From contig NC_069000.1 in the NCBI RefSeq assembly GCF_001194135.2, forward strand, positions 8,336,092 through 8,400,091: 64,000 nucleotides of DNA. Direction: 5' to 3'. This document shows positions 40,301 through 55,974 of this stretch, one piece after another (position 1 is the first letter of the stretch; each line of letters starts with the position of its first letter). Below the pieces are notes generated by a model. The model was not told the DNA's origin. It saw only the letters and a list, made by a program, of their open reading frames with translations, and ran no database searches. Made by a program: the position numbers and the translations under genes. The stretch comes from Octopus bimaculoides. Taxonomy: Eukaryota.

Positions 40301-43300
40301 TATTATCTAAGTACTTAGCTGATAATATATTTATTTATCTTCCACCACACAACCATAACAGCTGAGTTAACTATCAACAGGGATAATGCAATACATCTTT
40401 GAATTCATAACATTTTTACTGCCAAATGATGAGTTGGCTTTGACAACAAACCAATATGTTGGTCTAGTTCTAATTGTATGACATAAATTATGTGTTACCA
40501 GGGCCAGATTAAGACCCACAGAGGCCCTAAGCACATAAAAGATTTAGTGCCTCCATGTGGATGTAATTTAAGATATAAACAATAATAAACCATAAAATAA
40601 ATGTTCATTTTTGAAAATGAAACAAAACTAACAGTAAAATGGAAAATAATGCTTATTTTTGCAAGCTTTCACCTACTTCTATTTTTTTTTAATTGCAATG
40701 TCCTTGATCAAATCCTCATTATGACACCATGAACACTTAAAAATTATAATTCCAATCATATAAGCCATTTTGAATATTATTTAAGTAAGTTTAAAGTGAT
40801 TTTTTTTTAATGCCGTAAGCCCTTAACCATTTCTGTGGTTCCCCAATTAATACTCTAAGCATGTACTAATTAATAATTTAACTTTCAATTATTTTGAAAA
40901 CTTAAATCAAAAGAAAGAAAAGTATACATTATAGAAATCAAATTAATATCCAAATTAATTTCAATATTATAGCAAATAAAATCTTGAAATAAAGCTTACT
41001 ACCAAGAAAATTAATTTGGCAACATATTCTCTTATGAAAGTACATCAAAGATTTTCATTTCTCTCTTACCAATAACAATAATAATAACGGTTTCAAATTT
41101 TGACACAAAGCCAGCAATTGTAGGGGTGGGGATAAGTCGATAACATCGACCCCAGTATTTGACTGGTACTTATTTTATTGACCCTGAAAGGATGAAAGGC
41201 AAAGTCGACCTTAGTGGAAATTGAACTCAGAACATAAAGACAGATGAAATGCCACAAAGCATTTCGTCTGACTTCTTAATGGTTTTGCCAGCTCACCACC
41301 TAATAATAATAATAACAACAACAACAACAACAATTCCTTCGACAGATGCAAGTCCTCACATTTAGGATAGAGAGATAATTAGATTGAATGATGTTTGTGT
41401 TTTTTTTCCCCTTCTTTTCTTCTCAAAGACATTAATAACTCAAATGGTAGAAAAATAAACTGGAAATCAAATCTGAAATGCATATTTTCTCAAGAACTCA
41501 CCTCTACAACAACAATAACAAATACAACAATTCCGTAACAACAAAACCAAAACAAAAAAACAAGATGGGTTAGTAATTGTTTCTGTTAAATATGAAATGA
41601 GAATAAATCACTTGTAGCAACACCACTAAATATGAGGATAACATGTTCCAACATCTCAACTGTTTTAAAATAAAATATTTTAAAAATTTGATAAAATTGC
41701 AAATGAAAACTTAATTTTCAGTTTTAATAACAACGTTTTAAAATGAGAAAATCCCACCGTCATCATCCCATACTTATCTTTATTTTCATTTAACAAAGGC
41801 GAGACATCTCACATTTTTGATAGAATCTCGTTATGTTTCTTTTGTCAGAAAACGCAACCCCAGTTCTGTAAAACGCCAAACTAAATGCAAGCTTCCAGTT
41901 AACTATATTCTTGTACTGACAACTAAGTGGAGGATAGGGTGACTTGTATGTTGTTTTCATCAAAAATAATTTATTAACACCTTATTTACCCAGGGATTAA
42001 AAACCCCTCATTCAAACTAATAATTTGAATTCTGGCAAATAAAAATGGTCCTTGCATCACATTATAAGATGTCTGAGGTCATTAAAGATAACTTTGTGTT
42101 TTTGCAGAAAACTAGTTCACAGTTGCATAAATGTGACTAGCAGTGAATATTTTAAAAACCATCGGTAAAAAAAACATATTTTTGTTAGAAACTGAAACCA
42201 GAATTATTCTAGTTCGTCTATTTGGTCTGTTCCTTTAATTGCACCAGAAAACTCATTTGAACAAATGAAAATGTGGAAAACAGCAAATAACTATAAATGT
42301 AATAAAGCTTTTTCATTTTTTTAAGAGCAACTACAAATTCGATGAATAAAATAAGAAAATTAAACAAATTAAATATACTTATCAAACCCATAGAATAAAT
42401 CAATTGAACAGTGAAAATGGAAAGAACTAATAACATTTAGTAAGGAAATAATAGAAAGAAAACAAAATAGATTGTAAATGTGAAAATAAAATCAGCAACT
42501 AACTAAGGAAAACAAACCATGAGGCTAATTTATAAGTTATAACAATCACTGTGGGACCCTTAGGATATATTTTCTGCTTTTTTCATACACATTTCCTGCA
42601 GACAGGGGAGCAAAAATAAACTGAATAATAATAATAATAATAAATTAAGGGGTGTATGGAAAGAAAAAAGCAAAAAAAGTGACATTGACTTGAGAGAGAA
42701 ATTTATAGATACCGAGTCTTAGGAAAAAATGACCAAACCACAGAGGCAGATGAGCTACTGCTGCGGACATAAAATGATAATGGTTACAATTCTATAAGAT
42801 TGGGGCATTTTAAGGGAGGAGAGGNNNNNNNNNNNNNNNNNNNNNNNNNNNNNNNNNNNNNNNNNNNNNNNNNNNNNNNNNNNNNNNNNNNNNNNNNNNN
42901 NNNNNNNNNNNNNNNNNNNNNNNNNNNNNNNNNNNNNNNNNNNNNNNNNNNNNNNNNNNNNNNNNNNNNNNNNNNNNNNNNNNNNNNNNNNNNNNNNNNN
43001 NNNNNNNNNNNNNNNNNNNNNNNNNNNNNNNNNNNNNNNNNNNNNNNNNNNNNNNNNNNNNNNNNNNNNNNNNNNNNNNNNNNNNNNNNNNNNNNNNNNN
43101 NNNNNNNNNNNNNNNNNNNNNNNNNNNNNNNNNNNNNNNNNNNNNNNNNNNNNNNNNNNNNNNATATCTTTGGTAAGAAATACAAAACAGTCTTTGATGA
43201 GTCATCAGTGCTGAAAACAGGTAAGAGTTTAAAAAAACAGGAAAAAAAAAACTTTCTTCCAGAATACATTATTTGGATGTAAATTATAACTATTCACTCA

Positions 43301-46300
43301 GCAGAAGAATATTTAAATATTTCTTCAGGAATTTCAAAACATCATTAGTGACAACATGGCATCTGATTACCACAAGCAGAAAATGGTTTCAATATGTTTA
43401 AATTTAAAACTTTGCGACTTCTTGAATAAACCTAAGTTTTCAGATTTAGGTGGAGGGGAAAAAAATAGGAAGCAGTGACTACATCTCTTTTTGAGAGAAT
43501 TAGAACCAAACATGGAACAGTTCCAATGAGAACTGAAACTGAATTACATCCTTAATTCTCAGAGAACTTAAATACTTATCAACAGTTCTACAGCACCTGT
43601 TATATTTAAGACTATAAAATGCTTCAAGTTTAAAACAGAAATAACATTTTATAGCAAACTAACTAATTAATAATCTGGGGAAATTATATATAAAAAAAAA
43701 AAAGGACACACTGTATAGTGACTAGTGGTAAAAACTAAGAAAGTACAGCTGACCCAACAAAAAAAAAACCCAACAAAATAAGTACACAAGACAAAAGCAT
43801 TTTTAGTGAACTCATACAGTGATAGTTGAAAGAAGCATAAAAACCTTCAGCAAGTGAAGTTAAGTAACTTGCCCAAAGAAATAATACAGAAGCAGCATTA
43901 GCAAGACAGAAACTTGTGTTTCAGGAGCAGGAATTCAATTAGCTTAATTATTTTTGTCATAGTAGCTTGCTGGTTGCTGTGAAGAATATGGTCATGTTTG
44001 AAGATCAACACAGCTCTCTTGATTCTGGGGTAATGTTAAGTATTTTGGCAATGCACACCGAAGAAGTATAGCAAGCCGCTAAAAGAGTCATCTTAGAAAA
44101 GCTGTCTTCAACAGAACACAATTCAAATTGTAATCTATAGCTCCAGGCAATGATTTCGGTTCTAAATATTCCTTCTCTAAATATTCAGGAGCATAAACGA
44201 AAAAAAAACAAAAAAAACAGTACAACATTGAAGCATACTCCACGAATATTTCATGTTGAATGGTATTGAGCAAAATGGTAAAAAGGACAATAAATAGACT
44301 GAAAGCTAAGAATAGTTAGAGGGTTAACAAAACATAGTGACTAAGTTTTTAAAAAAAACAGATAAATAAATAACCCTTTAGCATTTAAGCTGGCTATGTC
44401 CAGGCTCTCACACCAACCCAACAAGGTTATTCTAAAAATAAAGTTACATCATAGAAATTTTTGACGCTACAAGACAATGCATAATTAATTCAAAATAATG
44501 TGAATATATAAGCTTTATATTTGACAGGGAAATCTGAATGCTAAAGGGTCAAAGATAATGGTATGATAGGGGCTAATGTTTGAGATGTAAACAATTTAGA
44601 TGTGATAATAGGAATAATAACTCATGTTAGAAATGAAAGGCTTTTTGGTGGGGTTTGAAGAAATGTGATATTGAAAAAATGAATAATGTAGAAAACTATA
44701 TAAGGTGTATATATGATGGAGGTTATGTATAACAGAGAAGGAATAGCAGCAGTGGATATATATTCTTACAATGGAGAATGATTCATTGAACAAGTAGTAT
44801 GAATGTAGTGGAAAGTGGTACAAAAAAGACAGGAGAAATGATTGAGTTTGAATGGTATTAGATAGAGGTTAAGACAATATTGGTTTGGATATGTAACAAG
44901 TAGATGTTACATGTAATGTCATGAGTTGGAGACAAGTGGTAGCAGTGGAAGAGAAACACTAAAGAAGAATTGGGAAGAATTCATAGATAAAACATGAAAG
45001 TAATAGTATACTTTCTAAATGAGATGATGCATAGAATAATAATAAAAAAAAAGAAAAAATTGGTACTCTGTCGATTATGACAACAAGGGTTCCAGTTGAT
45101 TCAGAACAGCTGGCTTGTGATATTAACAAGTCAAGGCAGTGAGCTGGCAGAATTCTTAGCACGTTGGATGAAATGCTTAGTGGTATATCACCCATCACCA
45201 TGTTCTGAGTTTAAATTCCACCGAGGTTGACTTTACCTTTCATCCTTTCGGGGTTGAGTACTGAGATCGCTGTAACCGACTTATCCCCCTCCCCAAATTT
45301 CAGGCCTTGTGCCTATAATAGAAAACGATATTAACAAGCCAGTCATTCAGCATTCCACAGACACATGTACCATTAACGCAGTTCTCAGGGAAGTGTAGCA
45401 TGACACAGAATGTGGCAAAGCATTTATACGTAACTTCGTCTTCACATCATGTGATGGATGTAACTGAATATCATTATCATACAAGTGATGTTGATTGCTT
45501 CTAGTCTTCCAAGGGAAACATATCTGGCCAGTGAGGAACATTACCTGACTTGGAAACAGGTGAAGGTTGGCGACAGGAAGAGTGCCTGGCTTTAAAAAAT
45601 AAAAACCTACCCCAACAAATTCCAGCTGATCCATGCATGCATGGAAAAGTAGATGATCAATGATGATGATGGTGATTATGATGATGATTATGGTGATGAT
45701 GATGATGGTGATGATGATGGTGATGGTGAAAGACATAAATGATGAGTTCAAAATGATAATGTTCATAAATTTCATAATGGAAATATATGAAATATAAGAG
45801 ATCGATCTAACAACTGCAACAACCACCGAATCAACTCACTGTGAACTAACCACAAGAATATCTGTCACAAATCATAGCATTAAGGAATACCAGCATCAAA
45901 AAGCAACTCATGGAAGAGGTTTCCACTCTGGTTTCTTTTCTTTTTTGTTTTTGTTTGTTTTTGGCTTCTTTTTTTTTTTAAGAAATGAATAATTGGTTGA
46001 AAGAAAGTGAAAAAAAAATCAGCAGCAACTAAAAAGTTTTGAAAGGCAACAGAATGAGTGCAATGGCGAAGCTGAGAAATAATGAAAAACAGAATTAGTT
46101 GAGATATTGATTATAAGGAAGTATTTGGAATTGATATTTTTAACATGTGTTTTTAAACAGGAAACCTTGCAATTTCAACAGAAAAGGACAGAATAATGAT
46201 GATTTCTCTCATTGATTACATGAGAATGGAAAGAGTCAACCGAATCAATTTCTAGCATCAAATTTTTTTTTATAGAATAAAAACGTTGGTTCCAGTGGAA

Positions 46301-48470
46301 AGACAATAAGAACTACAAGAATCTAAACTGAATGGTATTGAAATAAGATTTTCACAGACATCTTTAATAGCAAATAACTGGAAATAAAAGTTTGGAAGTA
46401 TTAATTAATTACCTTCATTTGAAATTTTCATTAATGTTGACCTGACAATTTACCTAAATTATCAAATTATTAAACCAAGAGAATTACTTCTGCTGAAAGA
46501 TATTTTTTAATTCTGTATCACAGAAACCTGCTTCAACAATATCATTACCTAACGTTTACTTTCCCAGGCTAGCATGGGTCAGACAGAATTTGTTGAGGCA
46601 GATTTTCTACAGCTGGATGCCCTTCCTGTTACCAAACTTCACCTGTGATATTTCCCCCATGACCAGACATGTTTTGAGAAACTGGAAATGAAGGATACTG
46701 CTTGCACGACAGTAACACTTGTTTACAACTAGCACATGGTGTCAAGACAAAAGAGATAGTTACACACACACACGATTGGCCTTTTTCAGTTTACATCTAC
46801 CAAATCCACTCAAGGCTTGAGTTCACCCAGGGCTACAATAGAAGACACTTGCCCAAGATGCCAAGCAGTAAGACTGAACTTGAGACCACACAGCTGGAAG
46901 GCAAACTTCTTACCACACACAGCTGTGCCTTTAATAAGAATTATAATGAGGAGCATAAACTCATGGAAAGATTACATATTCTTATTAGATACACAATCTC
47001 CCAGATTTGCTGTTATTCTTTTCCGTTATTTAAACAAATTTACATAGTAAAGATGCTTCCTTATACAGATAATTATTTCCAGAAACAATTTTAAATGTAT
47101 TAAATGTTTAAAATGCTTAAGTGATGTAGAATGCCATTTACAAAGACCAACAGACGACATACTGCATTACTTCACTTAGACAAATCTAAATCATAATCAA
47201 AAACATTCCCAGAGGACACAAATTTAACATTTACACTGAGTGAAACTATAAAACATCTGATCCATATGCTGGTAGCTTAAGTGCGCATGTGAGTCCACTC
47301 ACAAGGCTTTGGTCGACCCAAGGCTATAGCAGAATACACTTGCCCAAGGTGCCACACAGTGGCTTGAACCCAGAACCATGTGGTTGGGAAGCAATATTCT
47401 TACCACACAGCCACACCTGTGCCATGTGTATCTCTTTATTTTTTTTAAGAAAACACTATTTGGTGAAAGATTACTCCTACACACAAATATCAATATCTCT
47501 CTCTCTCTCTCTTTCCCTGCTAACAATCCAACTTCGACTCAACACTGCCATATGTCACCTTTACGAACATCTCGGTACAAACACACCACACACACTTGTG
47601 TTACAAAAGACTGTTATTGATCTTATGGCCTCAATGTTGGCAATCCTTAGTCATAACTGGTTTTATTAACTTTTGTTCCTGCTTTTACGTTCATTATATA
47701 AAACTAACAAGAGCTCTCAAAATATCTTGCTAAAATAATTTAATATTTTTCTGAAATTGTTAAAATCTTTGAAAAATTCTGCTAACAATAATAATTCAAC
47801 ATGAATGCTCAAGCATGAAGTTAATATGAGGTTAATGTTATTTTGTTAATTTTTCAATTAAAAAAATTTTTTTTTCAATATTTACTTACGCCATTGTGGT
47901 GGTGAAATCAGGAACTGGTATCTCTAGGGAAGCTTCGACCTCAGGTAAAATGTCTTTGTTGTCACCGCCGGCATAATTAGTAGACTGACTTCCCTGTTCC
48001 ACGTTGAATACTTGCCATTGGAGGCAAACGAATAACAACTGGAAGAAATCCGCTGGAGAAGAAAGGAGATGACATTAGATGAGGTACATGCCAGATATAC
48101 ACAGGAATAAATATTTACACACAAATACCTATACATATGCGACTACTATACATATCTTTTCTACTATAGGCACAAGGCATGAAATTTGGTGGGAGGGGAC
48201 TAGTCAATTGCTCCTGTAACTTGTCATTAGAAATGCATTGAAATAGCAATTGTTCCACTGAAAACCTGTGACCAATAACAGTCACAAAATGCATGAGACA
48301 TATATTAATAGTAATGGTAAGACAACAAAAGAATAAAAGAGACCTCGATATTATGTAAATAGAGGAATTTATCTGTAATATATGTGACAATTATTCGGTT
48401 GCCATAATAAAACTCTGAGTTTCGAATGTCAGGGCAGAAACCATTCTGCCAGCTTGCCATCTTAATAAAG

Positions 48471-48504
<34 letters not shown>

Positions 48505-50472
48505 CAGTAATAATTTTTTCTACTAAAGGCATAAGGTCTGAAATTTGTGGGGAAAGGACAAGTCGATTACATCAACCCCAGTGTTAAACTGGTACTTAAT
48601 TTATTGACTTCCAAAAGGATGAAAGATAAAGTCAACCTCAGCAGAATTTGAACTCAGAACGTCAAGGTGGACAAAGTGCCACTAAGAATTTTGTCCGGCA
48701 TGCTAACCATTTTGCCAGGTCACCGCCTTAATAAGGATAATAAAAATAATAACAATAATGTTGCTACTATAGGCATCATATAGCTTGAAATTTTGAGGGA
48801 AAAGGTCCAGTTGATTTCATCCCCCACCCCAGTACACAACTGGTACTTATTTTAGTGACCCTGAAAAAAATTGAAGGCAAATCAACCTCAGTGGAATTTG
48901 AAATCAGAATGCAAAGCTGGAGAGAAATGCAGCCAAGCATCTTGTCCAGCATGCTAACAACTGTGCCAACTCACCATTTTTATATCTAAATAATAAACAG
49001 CAATGAAAATGACTAAATTAACTCACACCTCTCCATGCAATGGCCTACAGTAAATTTAACATAAATTAGCATAAATTAATATAAATTAACATAAAGTGTT
49101 GCTCCTTACAGTTGTGAACAGAGGCAATGTCACAGATTTCATTCATGGAGATATATCTCACCTGTACAGTTTCCACCTATTTTTATATCAAACCAAATTA
49201 CAATAGAAATCTATATATTCATAAGAGAAATGAGAGGAAAAACCAGTTTACCTATAAGTATAATGGCTGGTGGAGGATGTAAGTAGCTTGGTAGGAAAAG
49301 CCAATATTGCAGAGATGGTTTCAGCATTTCCTTCCATGGATATTCTGCCAAGACAAATATTATAGAGCAAATGAAATACGTGTTGTGGAGAAGGTAACCA
49401 ATGAAAAATACCAATATTTTGACACACTGGTTATGAATGTGAGATAAAGACAATTTGGCTTTAGTATACACACACACACACACACACAAACCACACACAC
49501 ACACACACACACACACCCACACCCACACCAAGAACAATTGTCTTTTAGTGTGTGCGTGTATGTTTATACTTCAGGTAACATATATCAAAACAGGAGACTG
49601 GGAAAACAATTCTGAATAAAAATAAGCCTGACAAGAGTAATCTGAGTGCTAAAGGGTCAAACAAAGCCAACGCACAAGTCATCAGGCATCCTTCAGGATG
49701 ACTTGATGGTTCTTATTGTTCCAACAGAAAAACAGGCATGTATATACAGTCTGTGTGTACTTAATGTATATGAATGATCAAAAAAGAAAACATGAAATAT
49801 TTACCAGTGCAGAGTCCCAAAAGAAAACCCAGTGAGGACATATACTGGAGTGGAAGCAAAACGGTCAAAATGAGAACATAGACCGGCCAAACTCTGGCGT
49901 TATTACGTCGGTTCATTAGGAGTAAAGCCGCCAGGAAGATGGCATAGAGAATAGAGTATGCATCCACTCGAACACTAATGGTGATGGCAGTTGTGATGTA
50001 GCAGATCTGTGAGGAGAAAAAGAAAAACCATCGAATTAAGAGGAAATAAACATTTTACACAAGCATCTTTAATTACAAAATGGAGTGGCGACTCCTGTCG
50101 ATTATTGGGTTGGTGCATAATTATTGTGGCTTTTTTACAACAAATTTTATTCAATAAAAACAATAACAATGTTTAACAAAAACATCTTTAAATGATTATT
50201 CCGGAGTATATTCACCATCTACTTCAATTCCTGCTTCCCATTTGCTTGGCAGACGGTCAGACTGTCATTTAAAGATGTTTTTGTTGAATATCGTTATTGT
50301 TTTTGTGGAATAAAATTTGTTGAGAAAAAGCCGAAATAATTATGCACCAACCCAATAGTTTAATTACGAACAAATGGAGTGCTTATATGCAATGGTTTGA
50401 CCTGCTAGAAATAACACCAAAATCTCTTTCAAATCACACCTAACCAAAATAAGGAACCAACACAAAAAGTAA

Positions 50473-50506
<34 letters not shown>

Positions 50507-53500
50507 ACACGTGCCATGTAACATTTGTAATCTAGGCATCATCACAAGAGGTAGAAGGCATTATAATATATTATGGTGGAAGTAAGAAGGCTTTCACACT
50601 AGCTGAAGCTGTGAGTTTGATTGATGGAGAAGACAGGAAATATTTGAAAATTGAAATGATTTTGAAGACAATGGTCAAAACTGGAAATTTATGTGACATT
50701 AAATAAAAGTTACGTGTCAAACTTACCTCAAGTCCAAATTTGTAGAAAAAGTAATTAGCAAAATACTTGAGAACATCAATAATTCCTTTGTCAGCATCCT
50801 CCCTGGTTACATTACAGAAAATAATCCCTTCTTTCGGCCTTCTGTGTTCTGAGTGTTTGTAATGTTGATGTTGGTGGTAGCGAACAATTGACTGGAATGC
50901 AATTATCAGCAGGATGGCCACATAGTTCTACAAGAAAAAAAAAACAAAGTGATAAAGATTTTTAAAATATCAGGCTTAAGAAATGACAGGCTTAAAATGT
51001 GGCCAAGCTTAAGAAGTACCTTACGTTATTCAATTAAAATATTTTTACATTCATAATTCAAATCTTACCAGAATCAACTTGGGGTGACATATATATATAT
51101 ATATATATATATGTTATAGATGTTGACAAAATTAGTACTGACAGTGACTTCGAAGTTTCAGTTAATGCTAAACCCAGACAATTTGATGATGGCTTAGCTG
51201 GCCAAAACTTCGTTGTACTCTAAATTTATTGAGTAATCCTTCAATGTGATGTAAAATTGGTTTTATTATAAGACAAACAAACAAAGATATGATCAAACAT
51301 ACAAATATACATATATAGACAGACAGACATACAAGATAGGTTTCTTACATTTTCCATCTATCAAATCCACTCACAAGGCTTAGGCTATCCCGGGGCTATA
51401 GAAATGATATTTGCCCAGGGCACTAGGCAGTAAGCTTCTCAAACACACAGCCATGCTTGCACCATATAATTCATATATGCACACACACACACACAAACAA
51501 TAGAGATGATGACGATTACAATGACAGGAGAATACTTACCACTAAATAATTAGGTAAATAGTTGGAGTCCACTTTTTCAAGTCCAATCCAAATGTTGTTG
51601 TTAATTGTTTCATTGAAGGGGTAATCCATTTCATCGGTGCTATTGGACCATGTATCCTGAAAAAACAAATTTTGAGCAAATTAAAACCATTTCACTTTTT
51701 AACTGTTCACTCTCTTTTTTCACTTGGGCTGAGTGACTGTCAGACACCTTAACCCTTTAGCATTCAGATTACTCTGTGAAATTTAAAGCTTATTTATTCA
51801 TATTGTTTTGAATTTATCATTCAATATGTAGCTTGGAGATTTGGTGATGTGACTGTTTATTCGAAAATAAGAGGACCAACTCAGAGTAACACTGAAAGCC
51901 ACTGGAATTGAGACCATACCATTTTTTTAATCCCTGCTATATATATTAGAGCTGTCACTATTTCATTTGGGCCTTTCTATTGAAACTGCTTCCAACCACA
52001 ACAAAAGAAGAACAACAAATTTACATTAATCGATCAAAGAATGTGCCAAAAGAATCATAGAATACTTACTGTGCAGTTGTTCTCCCAGTCAGTAACCCGA
52101 GCTACAGACATTTGGAAGGAAGTTTTAGCTAACAACACAAGAGCAGTATATATCTGTAGAATGTGTGAGAGCAGAAGTCGACATTTCACTAACAGAAGAA
52201 ACAGGGCCAAGATAATAACGTACACAGCACTAATAGCAGACACCTAGAAAATCAAATAAAACAATCGGGTATAAATTAATCAAGTAGACAGGTGTGTTAA
52301 AGACAGTTTAAAAGCATTTTAGATTGATAAGACTAAATATAGTCAGGGGAATGGACAGGAACAGCGTCGCTTGTATGACAGTGATGCTCATTTACAACAA
52401 TCATATTGTGTCAAGACAAGGGGACACACACACAAAATATGTGTGTATGTACATGCATACACATACATACATATATTACACACACACACACCCACATATG
52501 CATACATACATGATGGGCTTCTTTCAATTTCTGCTAACCAGATCCACTTACAAGGCTTTGACCAGCTTGGGGCTATAGTAAAAAACACTTGCCCATGGTG
52601 CCACACAGTGGGACTGAACCCAAGACTACATGGTTAGGAAGCAAGCCTCTCAACCATACAGCCATCATCATCACCACCATCATTTAACGTCTGTTTTCCA
52701 TGCTGGCATGGGTTGGATGGGTGCCTATTCTAAAAACTGGGAAATACATATTTATGAAACAGAATACAGCCACAATAGTTTGATATGCCTCCTAAGAGCT
52801 CCAGAAATATACTTACCTCTTTAGCAGCAACTACCATGATGGTAAAACCAACCACTTTGTATATATGTATTTCAGTCAATCTCCAGAGGTACTGTGAAAC
52901 ATAGTTCCAAGTATCATTTGCGCGTTTCCACAGTGATCGGCACCGTAACAGCAGTTCCTTCCTCCAGTCTGCAATCACCAAATATTTAAATGCAGTCAAT
53001 AACAAAACAGATATATTATTAATAGACAATATATACTGACAATGACAACTGCTGATATTTATGTATGCCCTATAAGAATTAGCTTTTATTATATCTCAGG
53101 AGGGTCATTGTGCTAATAATAAACACACATGCTTGTATTTCACTTCTTCATTATTTGTCATTTGCTTAACTATATAACCAATTAGCTAATCGATTGTTTG
53201 GATAAGGAGTGGCTGTGTGATAAATAGCTTGCTTACGAACCACATGGTTCCAGGTTCAGTCCCACTGCGTGGCACCTTGGGCAAGTGTCTTCTACTATAG
53301 CCTCGAGCCGACCAAAACCTTGTGAGTGGATTTGGTAGACGGAAACTGAAAAGAAGCCCGTCATATATANNNNNNNNNNNNNNNNNNNNNNNNNNNNNNN
53401 NNNNNNNNNNNNNNNNNNNNNNNNNNNNNNNNNNNNNNNNNNNNNNNNNNNNNNNNNNNNNNNNNNNNNNNNNNNNNNNNNNNNNNNNNNNNNNNNNNNN

Positions 53501-54695
53501 NNNNNNNNNNAAAGAGACCGATAGAATAAGTACTAGGCTTACAAAGAATAAGTCCTGGGGTCGATTTGCTCGACTAAAGACGGTGCTCCAGCATGGCCAC
53601 AGTCAAATGACTGAAACAAGTAAAAGAGTAAAAGAGTGAAAGAGTAATCAATCAATCAAGTTTGTCAGAGGAGGAGGCATGCCATTGAAGAGGTTGCGAA
53701 TGGCAATGAACAGACTTTGGCAAGCATAACTGATTGACTGATTAATTATAGTTATTCCATCAATAGTGTTAGATGCCCCGGTGCCTTTGCAGATACTTCA
53801 GTTACGTCATTGGAACCTTATCTCTCCAACAAAGTTTAGGCTCCATGCCTGTATGTGAATCGAAGTGCCATAGAAAGTTGTACATCTCTCAACTCTCAAA
53901 TTTTTTTAAGACCTGCTCCCCCAATACATCAGTTCCCAGACAAAATATGCATTACGTCACTAACGTTTCGGTCGTTTGCTAGGTTCAGCTTCAGTATCAG
54001 TCGAGGTTTGGTTGGTGACGTCAGTAGTGAGACCTTCTTCAGCTGTCATATCGATTCCTTCAAACTTTGGCATTTCTCTTCTACAAGAAAAAGGTTTATT
54101 ATTACACCATTGTTATTTCTCATCATCTAATATTAAAAACAGGTATATAAATTATCTATTTACAGGTACACTAACATAAACTAGTATTTATTCCATGAAA
54201 ATAAATAACAGCTAACACAGTACAACTGGCAGTTACTGGGCTTCATTTTTGTTTTTTTCTTTTTTATAATCTCAAGAATATTCAAAAACATTACAGTTAT
54301 TAACCCTTTAGCATTGAGATTAATTTAACGAACATTAATGCTTATTCATCGACATTTTAAAAAATCAATCATAGCTTATCTTGTGGCTTCAAGATTTCGA
54401 AAATGCAACTGTTTATTTTAAGAATGACAGTGTAGGGTAGGTGTGAAAGGCTGGATCTGACCAGTTTAAACATAAAATAGGTAGAATTTTTGAGCTGGAT
54501 ATGGCTGGTTTAAATGCCAAAGAGTTAAGAACTGGAGAGCAAGGAGAACAGATTGAAAATAATAACAAAATAAAAATGAAAATAAACACTGAAGAAGAGA
54601 ATTACATCTTAACTCTTTAACTATGTGAAATTGACTATCCCCTTCCCTCCAAAATTTCAGGTCTTGTACCTATAGTAGAAGGGATTATTATTATT

Positions 54696-54728
<33 letters not shown>

Positions 54729-55721
54729 GCAGTGAGCTGGACAAAATGCTTAAGCAGCATTTCATCTCTCTTTAGATTCTGAGTTCAAATTCTGCCAATG
54801 ACAAATTTACCTTTCATTCTTCTGAAGGAAATGGGGTTCAATGAAATAAGTACTGGTTGAGCACTAGAGCTGATGTAATCAACTAGTCCCCTCTCCCAAA
54901 ATTTCAGGCCATTTGCTTATAGTATAAAGAATTATTATTATTATTATTATTTGTAAATTCATTCACAAACCAAAGCTTTAGGATTACTAGGTTTTTCTTT
55001 TAACAATGGTGTAGAGTTCCAGACCCAAAGGTCCTTTAAGCACTGAATCCTATCAGATGACTATATGAACAAGAAACCTCTCAGTACAAAACTATTAAAC
55101 CAACTGACAACCATCAAACACAAATTCACATCTACTGAAAATCCTATGACAATAGTATCAAGCAGCCTTCTTGTAACTCACAGGTATCTGTCCAGACATG
55201 AGAGATTCATGAAAGGTTGGTGAAAATAATGTACTTGGATAATAATGACAATCAGGAAGCTGGTAGGAGTTAGTAATTTTTCAAACAGTCCTTGGACATC
55301 ATACTGTTGCAGACCAAGGTCTTCTAACCTAGAAACGAAGATAAAATTCATAGACGAGTTACAAGACATTCAAATTGATGATTTTTCACATGAAACAGAG
55401 ATAGATTTTATAAGCATATATACAAACTTTTATATAGATCTTATATGCATATATACAAACTTTTATATAGATCTTATATGCATATATACAAACTTTTATA
55501 TAGCTCTTATATGCATATATACAAACTTTTATATAGCTCTTATATGCATATATACAAACTTTTATATAGCTCTTATATGCATATATACAAACTTCTATAC
55601 AAACAAACAATATTCACCAAGATCTTTCATAAAAGTTAAATTATAATTACTGTATGTATACCATATTCTTGATGTTATCCCATGATGGCAAAGGTATACT
55701 TCCAAAGTTATATGATGAGTG

Positions 55722-55758
<37 letters not shown>

Positions 55759-55923
55759 TCTTTTATTNNNNNNNNNNNNNNNNNNNNNNNNNNNNNNNNN
55801 NNNNNNNNNNNNNNNNNNNNNNNNNNNNNNNNNNNNNNNNNNNNNNNNNNNNNNNNNNNNNNNNNNNNNNNNNNNNNNNNNNNNNNNNNNNNNNNNNNNN
55901 NNNNNNNNNNNNNNNNNNNNNNN

Positions 55924-55974
<51 letters not shown>

